A stretch of 64,000 nucleotides of DNA from an uncultured Chloroflexia bacterium. GTDB taxonomy: Bacteria; Chloroflexota; Limnocylindria; Limnocylindrales; CSP1-4. Each line of letters opens with the position of its first letter. Positions within the stretch are counted from its first letter, which is position 1. The notes beneath the pieces were generated by a model, which saw only the letters and a program-made list of their open reading frames with translations, searched no databases and was not told the DNA's origin. The stretch spans positions 160,001 to 224,000 of the forward strand of contig CAVVNQ010000007.1 in the NCBI GenBank assembly GCA_963749705.1. The letters are read 5' to 3'. Both the position numbers and the translations under genes were made by a program. This document shows positions 46,342 through 54,129 of this stretch, one piece after another.

Positions 46342-46803
46342 TCAGGATCGAGCGGACCTGATCCTTCGGACCCCTGGCAGCAGCCGCATGACGATCGTGC
46401 CCAGGAGCGCGGCCAGGATGATGGAGGTCGCCAATGCGTACGCGTCGAGCGGTCGGGCGATCGAGATCCAGATGCCGCTGGAGTCGAAGCCCTCCATCGT
46501 CAGCGGTCGCAGGGCAAGGAATGCGGCCGCGCCGATCGCGCCGCCGAGGATGCTCGCAACAAGGACCTGAAGGCGCCGGGCAGCGGGCACCGGGGCGATG
46601 ATGAAGGTCGCGAGCGAGATCATGAGCGTCAGGAACGGTGGGCCGACGCCGACATCCGGCACGATGCCCGACGCCCGGGCGCACTGGACCGCCGTCACCC
46701 CAAGCGGACCGAGGCACGCCACGACCTGGCCGCCGAGCAGAGCAGTCACCACCCCCAGCAGCACAAGGACCGCGGCGACGAGGACGCGGGAGGTCCGGCT
46801 CAT
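46342..46803 (-). CDS. Hypothetical membrane protein (~4 TM)
   Basis: Four hydrophobic segments; Cys pair (CLGPLGVTAVQC) in a loop. Confidence 0.65.
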   Translation of the reverse strand: MSRTSRVLVAAVLVLLGVVTALLGGQVVACLGPLGVTAVQCARASGIVPDVGVGPPFLTLMISLATFIIAPVPAARRLQVLVASILGGAIGAAAFLALRPLTMEGFDSSGIWISIARPLDAYALATSIILAALLGTIVMRLLPGVRRIRSARS

Positions 46804-46966
46804 GCGAACACCATCGGACGACCCCTGGCCTCGGTCAAGCAGGGAACTCCCGCAATGAAGCGCAATCGGCGACAGGCTCTGAGCTGCCGCGAGGCAAGCT
46901 GGCAGGCTGACGGAACGAACCGGGCCGAGCCGGCGCCGGGCCCGGGCGTCGTCGAAGTGGTCCCGC

Positions 46967-48262
46967 CTACGTAGCCCTGAGCGCCTCGCGCATCAGCTCG
47001 AACGCGCGATCGTGCTGGCCCGCACCCGCCAGCGCCTCTGCGAGCTCGCCCAGCACCTGTCGCACCTTTGCCGGCCTGCCTTCGCGCCGGACAAGGTCGG
47101 CGGCACGTTCGTACAGCGCCAGGGATTCGCCATCCTGGCCCTGGGCCCGGCGCGCTCGGGCAAGGGTGAGCACGGCGCCCAGCGTCGCGACGTCGCTCCC
47201 GACGTCCTCGGCGAGCGCGAGGGCCCGGGACGCGAGCTCCGCCGCCGCGCTCGTGTCGCCCGTGGCCAGCCGGATCTGGGCTTCGGTATCGGCCACGTAG
47301 GAGAGCCACAGCCGGTCCCCGCGCCGCTCGAAGAACCGGCGTGCGGCATCCGCCGCCTCGCGCGCCTTCTCGCTGTTCCCGAGCGCGAGGTATGAGAGCG
47401 CGAGATCCCGCTGGAGCGACGCGGCCTCGAACTCGGCCTGTGCGGCCCGCAACAGCGCGAGCCCCGAGGTGCCCGCACGGATCGCGGCCTCGAAGTCACC
47501 GGTGTGCCGGTAGCTGAACGCCAGGTCGAACAGGTAGACACCCCGCCGACGGTCGTCCAGCCCCTCGCTCAGCCCCCGGATCTCCTCGAGGTAGGCGAGC
47601 GCGACCGCGTGATCGCCATCGAGCGACGCGTTGCTCGACAGCGCCATCAGCACCCGCGCCTGGAAGTCGGGCTCCACGCGCAACCCGGCGCGTAGCCGGA
47701 CGAGGATCGAATCAAGGAGCGCCCGCGCCTCGACGGTGTTGCCCTGCTCGTACTGACCGCACGACAGCCAGTAGACAGCCAGCGCCTCCTCCGCGCCCCG
47801 TCCCAGGCTCGAGAACAGGCGCGCCGCCTCCGACGCCGCCCCGACCGCCTCCCTGCCGCGGTCGAGCCCCGCGTAGCCCTCGGCGAGCCCCAGCAGCAGC
47901 TCGGCCCGGGTCCCGTCGCCCGACGGCTGCTCGAGCAGCATCTGGTAGGCATCCACTGCCTGCTGCCAATGGCCCGCGGCCAGCTCGAGGTCCGCCTGGA
48001 GTCGCGTCCATTGCTCGGCCCTGTCCTCGAGGAACCGGCTGGTCGGCAGGTTGAGGCGCTCGGCGATGAAGCTCAGCGCGGCCATCGACGGGCGGCTGTG
48101 GCCATTCTCCAGGGCACTCACGTACGCCTTGGTGTACCGGTCCCCCGCAAGCTGCTGCTGGGTCAGGCCAGCCGCGAGCCTAGCCTGCCGGATCCGCGCG
48201 CCGATGGAGTGGGCGAGCTCGCCCCTGGTGGTTCGTGCGGTCGCGGTCGTCGGACGGTTCAT
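46967..48262 (-). CDS. XRE-HTH + TPR regulator (RRNPP-like architecture), ~431 aa
   Basis: N-terminal IGARIRQARLAAGLTQQQLAG…YVSALENG HTH followed by repeated helical TPR-like units (LAEGYAGLDRGREAV, LAFSYRHTGDFEAAI, LALSYLALGNSEKAR, LAEALAGAGQHDRAF); TACACT 7 nt before ATG. Confidence 0.88.
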   Translation of the reverse strand: MNRPTTATARTTRGELAHSIGARIRQARLAAGLTQQQLAGDRYTKAYVSALENGHSRPSMAALSFIAERLNLPTSRFLEDRAEQWTRLQADLELAAGHWQQAVDAYQMLLEQPSGDGTRAELLLGLAEGYAGLDRGREAVGAASEAARLFSSLGRGAEEALAVYWLSCGQYEQGNTVEARALLDSILVRLRAGLRVEPDFQARVLMALSSNASLDGDHAVALAYLEEIRGLSEGLDDRRRGVYLFDLAFSYRHTGDFEAAIRAGTSGLALLRAAQAEFEAASLQRDLALSYLALGNSEKAREAADAARRFFERRGDRLWLSYVADTEAQIRLATGDTSAAAELASRALALAEDVGSDVATLGAVLTLARARRAQGQDGESLALYERAADLVRREGRPAKVRQVLGELAEALAGAGQHDRAFELMREALRAT

Positions 48263-48560
48263 GCGCCGTAGTGTACGACTTGACCCGAGCGTCCGAGCGT
48301 GGCTCATCCCGGTTGACCCCGTCGATCAGCTCTCCGACGGTCACCCCGAGCCGCTCCGAGAGCAGCCACAGCGTGCCCAGCGACGGCAGCGTCAGCCCGC
48401 TCTCGAGCGCCGACACGTAGCCCCGCGACAGCGGCTGCCCGAGCTCGCTCTGGGTGAGGCCGCGCATCCGCCGCTGGGCACGCACGCGCCTGCCGAGCTC
48501 GATGGCCGTTGGTGAGCCCGGACCCCACCCCAGATGTTTAGCAATACTTGACTTCCGCAC
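48180..48560 (-). CDS. Stand-alone XRE-family HTH protein, paralogous to the HTH of the TPR regulator
   Basis: LGRRVRAQRRMRGLTQSELG…YVSALESG…LSERLGV; extended -10 TGcTAGTCT 7 nt before GTG 48560; 3' tail overlaps the start of the TPR gene. Confidence 0.8.
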   Translation of the reverse strand: MRKSSIAKHLGWGPGSPTAIELGRRVRAQRRMRGLTQSELGQPLSRGYVSALESGLTLPSLGTLWLLSERLGVTVGELIDGVNRDEPRSDARVKSYTTAHEPSDDRDRTNHQGRARPLHRRADPAG

Positions 48561-48577
48561 GATCTGAAGACTAGCAT
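48548..48577 (+). promoter_or_regulatory. Sigma70-type promoter for the peptide gene, overlapping the divergent HTH promoter
   Basis: TTGACT (48548-53)-N18-TAGCAT (48572-77); the minus-strand -10 lies at 48568-73. Confidence 0.65.
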
Positions 48578-48645
48578 TCCCGTCGATCGCTGGGAAACCA
48601 GCGGTTCCCCGGGTCACCGGCGAGCGCCAGTAGCTGGAGAATGCT

Positions 48646-48759
48646 GTGTCCGCTCGCCCCAACCGCATCCGCCCTTTCCTCGTCGCCCTGGCATCGGCCG
48701 GGATCATCGCCCTCCTCAGCGCCGCGGCTGCCCTCGCGCAGACGCCCTATCCGCACTGA
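48646..48759 (+). CDS. 37-aa secreted pre-peptide MSARPNRIRPFLVALASAGIIALLSAAAALA|QTPYPH, candidate signalling peptide
   Basis: RBS GGAGA 5 nt before GTG; basic n-region, hydrophobic h-region, A-L-A signal peptidase I site, 6-aa tail, TGA 48757-59; GC3-biased codons; below the ORF-track length cutoff. Confidence 0.8.
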   Translation: MSARPNRIRPFLVALASAGIIALLSAAAALAQTPYPH

Positions 48760-48787
48760 CCGAGCACTGACCGAGCACTGACCGAGC
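48753..48787 (+). repeat. 3 x 11-nt tandem repeat GCACTGACCGA overlapping the peptide stop codon
   Basis: Exact copies at 48753, 48764 and 48775; the last can pair with GTCGGTGC just downstream. Confidence 0.85.
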
Positions 48788-48974
48788 GTCGGTGCGCCCG
48801 AAACCGCCAACCGATTTGCCTGCTCGCCAGGGACCCGGGAACAGCGCACACGCGGGGGTACACTATTGGTAAACTCATGTCGTTCCTGGACCATGGTCCG
48901 ATGTCTGAGGGGAGGCCATCGTCCACAGCGACAAGCGGAGGGCATGCGTGGTCGCCCGTCGATCGGACGCCTGA

Positions 48975-49787
48975 GTGGGCGAACGCGCCGCCGGAGCCCG
49001 GGCGCGAATCGAAGGCGTCCTGGCCATGCCGGAGCTGCTCCGTCCGGCGTTCCAGCCGATCCTGTCGCTGGCAGACTGCTCGGTCGCCGGCTACGAGGCG
49101 TTCAGTCGCTTCCTCGTCGAGCCTGCGCGCCCGCCTGACCGCTGGTTCGCCGAGGCATCCCAGGTGGGGCTCGGCCCCGAGCTCCAGGCTCTCGCGATCG
49201 AGCGTGTTCTCGCTGCAGCGTCGGCCGCCCGCCTGCCCGACCGCGCCTTCCTGTCCGTCAACGTCAGCCCGCAATACCTCGACCATCCTGCGGTCGCCGC
49301 CGCGACCGCCGCAGCCGATCCGTCCAGGCTGGTCATCGAGATCACCGAGGAGGAGACCGTCGAGGACTACGGCGCCCTCCGGCAGGCGATGACGCGCTAC
49401 CTCGACCTGGGGGTCAGGTTCGGGGTCGACGATGCCGGCGCCGGCTTCGCGTCGATGCGCCACATCACCGAGCTCGGGCCGGCGTTCGTGAAGCTCGATG
49501 CGTCCCTCGTCCGGGGCATGCGCAGCCGCCGGACACTGCAGGCTTTCCTGCGGGCGCTCAACGGGTTCACGATCGAGGTCGGTGCGGTCCTGATCGCAGA
49601 GGGCGTCGAGAATCCCAACGACCTGGCGGTCCTGACCGAGACCGGCTTCCCGCTCCTGGCGCAGGGGTACGCGATCGCTCGACCCGGGCCGCCCTGGCCG
49701 AAGGTCAGCGCCACCGCGAGCCGCGCCTGGCTCGCCGCCTGCGCGGCGCGGCCGACCGGTGGCACCGCCCTCCTGTCGCCGGGCTGA
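48975..49787 (+). CDS. Stand-alone EAL domain protein (c-di-GMP phosphodiesterase-like)
   Basis: FQPI, YEAFSR, SVNVSP, EITE, DDAGAGFAS, VKLD, AEGVE, QGY; start uncertain. Confidence 0.9.
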   Translation: MGERAAGARARIEGVLAMPELLRPAFQPILSLADCSVAGYEAFSRFLVEPARPPDRWFAEASQVGLGPELQALAIERVLAAASAARLPDRAFLSVNVSPQYLDHPAVAAATAAADPSRLVIEITEEETVEDYGALRQAMTRYLDLGVRFGVDDAGAGFASMRHITELGPAFVKLDASLVRGMRSRRTLQAFLRALNGFTIEVGAVLIAEGVENPNDLAVLTETGFPLLAQGYAIARPGPPWPKVSATASRAWLAACAARPTGGTALLSPG

Positions 49788-49930
49788 CCCGCCGATCACT
49801 CCGGCTGGCTCGCGGGTTCGCGCAGCGTAAATTCCTGCGGGCGCGGGGCATCCGGCAGGACCATCTGGGAGGCCGGGGACCCCGAATGCGCCCCTGTCCC
49901 GGGCCGGGCCGGGCAACGAACATCGGGGCG

Positions 49931-51130
49931 ATGGCCCATCGTTCCGCCGCTGCGCTGCTCATCGCTGCCCTGGTCGCAGGCTGCTCCCCGATGGCGTCCA
50001 CCGCGCCCGCAGCCGACGCGGCGTCCACGTCCCCGGGGGTTGCCCGGGACGCGTCAACGATCGTCCCCGGCAATGCACCGTCGCCAACGGCGACGAACTC
50101 AGCGGGCATGCCGGCCCCGCCCTCGATGAGCTCCGGCCGGCCATCGCCGACGTCGGCGATCGACGACCCGGCAACGTCACCGACGCCGGCTGCAACGCGG
50201 ACGCCGGCACCCACACCCACGCCGAAGCCGACGCCCAAGCCGACCGCGAGCCCGGCCCCCAAGCCGACCGCGAGCCCGGCCCCCAAGCCGACCGCGAGCC
50301 CGGCCCCGAAGCCGCCGCCCCTGTCCGCCTGCCAGATCTTCCCGGCCAGCAACGCCTGGAACACCCGCGTCGACAACCTCCCTGTCGACCCTCGCTCGGC
50401 GGCGTACATCGCCGCGATCGGCCTGGACGCGGGACTCCACCCCGACTTCTCCGATGCCGGCGGCTACGGGATCCCGTACAACCTCGTCGGCGCCGCGACG
50501 CCGGACAGCGCCGTTCGCTTCGACTACGCGGACGAATCCGATCGCGTCGGCTACCCGATCCCGGCAAAGCCGAAGATCGAGGGCGGCTCGGACCGCCACC
50601 TGCTGATGGTCGACACCAGCGCCTGCCACCTGTACGAGCTGTACGACGCGGTCAGGACGTCAACCGGCTGGACGGCCGGCAGCGGTGCCACCTGGGACCT
50701 CCGCTCGAACAAGCTCCGCCCCGATGGCTGGACCAGCGCAGACGCCGCGGGCCTGCCCATCTTCCCCGGCCTGGCCCGCGCGGACGAGGTGCTCAAGGGC
50801 GCGATCGCCCACGCGCTCCGGTTCACCGCGCCCAGGACCTGTGCCGGGCACATCGCGCCCGCGCGCCACGACGCCGGCTCCGGATCCTGCGACACGCGGC
50901 CGCCGATGGGCCTTCGCGTCCGCCTCAAGGCATCGGTCGACCTGTCCGGGTTCGGGCCGCAGGCGCGGGCGGTGCTGGTCGCGCTCCAGCGCTACGGGAT
51001 GCTGCTCGCCGACAACGGCTCAGCCTGGTACATCACCGGCGCCCCCGACAGTCGCTGGGACGATGACGACCTCCACGCCCTGGGGCGCATCACCGGCGCC
51101 GACCTGGAGGTCGTCGACACCGGCGCCTGA
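49931..51130 (+). CDS. Lipoprotein with Pro/Thr-rich linker and uncharacterised C-terminal domain
   Basis: Lipobox LVAGC; CQIFPASNAWN…DESD…GSDRH…WTSADAAGLPIFPGL…HALRFT. Confidence 0.85.
   Translation: MAHRSAAALLIAALVAGCSPMASTAPAADAASTSPGVARDASTIVPGNAPSPTATNSAGMPAPPSMSSGRPSPTSAIDDPATSPTPAATRTPAPTPTPKPTPKPTASPAPKPTASPAPKPTASPAPKPPPLSACQIFPASNAWNTRVDNLPVDPRSAAYIAAIGLDAGLHPDFSDAGGYGIPYNLVGAATPDSAVRFDYADESDRVGYPIPAKPKIEGGSDRHLLMVDTSACHLYELYDAVRTSTGWTAGSGATWDLRSNKLRPDGWTSADAAGLPIFPGLARADEVLKGAIAHALRFTAPRTCAGHIAPARHDAGSGSCDTRPPMGLRVRLKASVDLSGFGPQARAVLVALQRYGMLLADNGSAWYITGAPDSRWDDDDLHALGRITGADLEVVDTGA
50234..50305 (+). repeat. 3 x 24-nt coding tandem repeat (PKPTASPA)
   Basis: CCCAAGCCGACCGCGAGCCCGGCC x3 inside the lipoprotein linker. 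Confidence 0.85.
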
Positions 51131-52396
51131 GGCCGGCACCGACGGGTCGGTCCGTATCGGGCCCGCCCGCCGCCTGCGCCACCAGTCGTACGCGAACAGC
51201 GCGAACGCCCCCAGCGCGACGATTGCCGTGATGACCAGGCTGTCGCGGATCCCGATCGCCACCTCGAGCGTCCCGCCCACGCTCGGCGCGACGATCAGGG
51301 CGAGGTTCTGGACGCTCTGGTCGACCGAGCTGAAGGTGACCCCGTGCTCGCGGGGAATGCGTCGCATCAGTTCGTCGAACAGGGCGAGCTGGGCGCCCGC
51401 CGCGGCAAGCCCGCCCACGAACACCGCCGTCGCGATGGCCGGCAGCCAGGACATGACGGACAGCGCCGCCGGCACCGCGGCTGCGGCGAGCAGCGCGGGA
51501 AGCAGGATCCCGGCCGCGCTGCGGCGTCGCGCCAGCTGTCGGACCGTCAGGTAGCCGATCACCGCCCCGGCCGACTGCGACGCGCCGATGATGCCGATCC
51601 ACCCGTTCGATGCGTGGACCTCGTTGACGTAGAACAGCGGCAGCAGTGGCATCGCCAGCCCGATGCTCGCCGTGTACACGATCGAGCGGGTCTCGAAGCG
51701 CAGGAACGACGGGCTCGAGCGGACGACGTCGATCGGCGCGCGCAGGCGCGCCGCGAGGGAGCTCGGCCGGACGGTCGCGCTGGGGACCTGGTCGGGCAGG
51801 ACGATCCGCCGGGTGACGAGGTAGCTTCCGAGCCCCGCCACGGAGATCGCCACGAACAGGGTCTCGAAGTTGGCCGGGAACGGGAGCACCGTGAGCAGCT
51901 GCCCGGTGATGACGACGGCGATCGAGGTGACGATGCCGGAGATCGCCCATCGCCGGCCGAGCAGGTCGAACCGCCCGTTGGGCCCGGCGGCCCCGTCCAT
52001 GACGATCGGGAAGGCGACCAGGCCGGCCGTCGACGGCAGCGAGGCAACGGCCCAGATGCCGAGGATCGCGGGGACCGCGATGTCGCGGGGCAGCAGCGCC
52101 GAAGCCACGCCCATCGTCCCGTAGCTGAGCCACGCGAGGAGGCGAAGCCGGCTGTACCAGGGCACGATGTTGCGGCGGCCCTGGAGCCAGCGCCCGAACG
52201 GGATGGCGAGCGTGAACGCGACCAGGGCCGGGATCGAGGTCAGCAGGCCGACTGCGGTTCCCGACGCCCCGAGCTTGACCAGGTACACCGGGAGGAACGT
52301 TCCGCCGGCGACCACCAGCCCCAGGAACACCGAATCGACCTGGACCAGCCGGTAGTTGCGGATCTGGTCCGGAGTCGGGCGAATGGACGGCTTCAT
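51020..52396 (-). CDS. MFS transporter (12 TM-like)
   Basis: Two blocks of hydrophobic helices; 3' end overlaps the convergent lipoprotein by ~110 nt. Confidence 0.8.
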   Translation of the reverse strand: MKPSIRPTPDQIRNYRLVQVDSVFLGLVVAGGTFLPVYLVKLGASGTAVGLLTSIPALVAFTLAIPFGRWLQGRRNIVPWYSRLRLLAWLSYGTMGVASALLPRDIAVPAILGIWAVASLPSTAGLVAFPIVMDGAAGPNGRFDLLGRRWAISGIVTSIAVVITGQLLTVLPFPANFETLFVAISVAGLGSYLVTRRIVLPDQVPSATVRPSSLAARLRAPIDVVRSSPSFLRFETRSIVYTASIGLAMPLLPLFYVNEVHASNGWIGIIGASQSAGAVIGYLTVRQLARRRSAAGILLPALLAAAAVPAALSVMSWLPAIATAVFVGGLAAAGAQLALFDELMRRIPREHGVTFSSVDQSVQNLALIVAPSVGGTLEVAIGIRDSLVITAIVALGAFALFAYDWWRRRRAGPIRTDPSVPASGAGVDDLQVGAGDAPQGVEVVIVPATVGGAGDVPG

Positions 52397-52408
52397 GCAG
52401 GGTGAACG

Positions 52409-53506
52409 CTACCGCCTGTCGACTCCGCGTGGCGGCCGCGCACGGCGGCGCGCGCCGAGCGCCAGGCTGCCGGCGGCGACGAGCGCCAGCAGGAGGAACA
52501 CGCCCACGCCGAGCGTCGCATCGAACCCCGCCGCGCTCGCGGTCTCGATGCCCGGCACACCGGACGGAGCCGGCGTTGCCGGCGTCGTCGTGGGCGGCGG
52601 GGACGGACTGGCGAGGACGGCTGCGACGTCGACCGATCGGGTTGTGGACGTCCCCGCGAGGGCTGGGGCCGCTGCCCGGTCAGTGGCGACGGTGGGCGTT
52701 GCGGCGATCGCCGCCGGCCGCGCGGTGGGCGTCGACGTGGGCTTCGGCTTCGGGGTCGGCGTCGGCGTTGGCTTGGGTGCTGCCACAGCCGCCGCGATGG
52801 GTTGAACGGAGACCCAGCGACCCTCCCAGGCCATCTTCACCCGGGCGTAGTGCCAGGGCGTGAAGAACGTCCTGAGCTGGGCGACCGTGAGCCTGGTGTC
52901 GGGGCGCATGTCGTAGCCGTAGGTCCGGCTCTGGAGGCCCCACAGCGGCCCGGTGACCCGCACGCTGGTGACCGTGAAATGCGTCGTGACGGCAGGGTCG
53001 GCGGTCGCCGTGAACCCGGTCAGGATCCACGCGTGGTTCCCGTGCGAGACCGTGATCGCGACCGGCAGGTTCGTACGCCGCAGGTTGGTGACCGCCGATC
53101 GGAGGGCGCTGTCGAAGCTGGTGCTCGCCACCAGCCGGTACCGGCCGTCGACGTAGTGGCGGAGGCCGGCCGTCCAGCCGGCCGGATCGACGCCGTCGCT
53201 GACCGGGATCGCATAGCGGTTGTGCGCGCGCATGTAGTCGAAGTAGCGCTGCTGGCCGGATCTCGAGTGGTCGGCCTGGTGGCGCGCGATGTTGCGCATG
53301 ATCTGCACATCCGCTGCCGTGCACCACAGCCAGGTCTGCTGCGTCGTGAACACGCCGCCGCGATAGAGGTCGATCCCGCCGGTCCAGCGTGGCAGCGAGG
53401 CGGCCGCGGCCGGACGCGGCGACACCGAGCCGCCGGCGCCGAGGGCGAGCAGGAGGGCGGCGAGAACGACCCGGGCGATCAGCCTCGGGCGAGACGGGCT
53501 GCGCAC
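52409..53506 (-). CDS. Secreted, C-terminally anchored protein with putative papain-like (C39-like) peptidase domain
   Basis: Signal peptide; QQTWLWCTAA (Gln…Cys), HGNHAWILTGF (His); PT linker; C-terminal TM with basic tail. Confidence 0.7.
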   Translation of the reverse strand: MRSPSRPRLIARVVLAALLLALGAGGSVSPRPAAAASLPRWTGGIDLYRGGVFTTQQTWLWCTAADVQIMRNIARHQADHSRSGQQRYFDYMRAHNRYAIPVSDGVDPAGWTAGLRHYVDGRYRLVASTSFDSALRSAVTNLRRTNLPVAITVSHGNHAWILTGFTATADPAVTTHFTVTSVRVTGPLWGLQSRTYGYDMRPDTRLTVAQLRTFFTPWHYARVKMAWEGRWVSVQPIAAAVAAPKPTPTPTPKPKPTSTPTARPAAIAATPTVATDRAAAPALAGTSTTRSVDVAAVLASPSPPPTTTPATPAPSGVPGIETASAAGFDATLGVGVFLLLALVAAGSLALGARRRARPPRGVDRR

Positions 53507-53571
53507 GCGCCTATCGTCCGCCTGTCCGGCGGATCTGTCATCGACGAGCAAGGCGAGGGGCGATGCCGGGG

Positions 53572-54003
53572 CTACAGACCCAGCAGGCGGCGCTTCGCGG
53601 CGGTGAACTCCTCGTCGGTCAGCTTGCCGCGATCGTGCAGCTCCGCGAGCTCCCGAAGCCGGTCGATGCCGTCATCAACCGAGGCCTGGAACGTGGTCGC
53701 GGGTGGTGACGCCGGCGCCTGGCCCGGGCCGCCCGGCGGCGGGTTGCGCTCGTCGAGCACCCTGACCAGCCCGACGACCAACAGCAGCCCGAGTCCGACG
53801 AGCAGCACCAGCCAGATCAGGCCGCCCAGCACCACGCCCGGACCGGCCCCCTGGCCGCGTGGAGCAAAGCCGCGCATCGGCATGTTGTCAAAGAATCCGC
53901 GGTTCGCCGCCGCCGATCCCAGCCCGAAGGCGATCAGAGCCACCGCGGCCACCACGATGACGAGGACGGCGATCCACAGGTACCGGCGGTTCCCAGCTTG
54001 CAT
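53572..54003 (-). CDS. SHOCT domain membrane protein
   Basis: Two TM helices; LRELAELHDRGKLTDEEFTAAKRRLL. Confidence 0.85.
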   Translation of the reverse strand: MQAGNRRYLWIAVLVIVVAAVALIAFGLGSAAANRGFFDNMPMRGFAPRGQGAGPGVVLGGLIWLVLLVGLGLLLVVGLVRVLDERNPPPGGPGQAPASPPATTFQASVDDGIDRLRELAELHDRGKLTDEEFTAAKRRLLGL

Positions 54004-54129
54004 CTTGGGCCTCTGCGCTCATCCGCCGGCGGCTGGACGGCCGCCGGCGGTCCGAACTTGCGCGCTTGGTCATCCGCGCGCCATCACAGGATCGCCGATC
54101 CGGATGAGAAGCGCGTGACAGCCACGAGA

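Noticed and set aside
46835-46920. Possible riboswitch or ncRNA (lower GC, GCGA-loop hairpin) upstream of the membrane gene
   Set aside because: Could not be matched by eye to any known family; needs an Rfam scan.
48641-48781. Alternative ATG frame for the small ORF (MLCPLAPT…)
   Set aside because: The ATG abuts the RBS with no spacing and the product is featureless; the GTG frame gives a textbook signal peptide.
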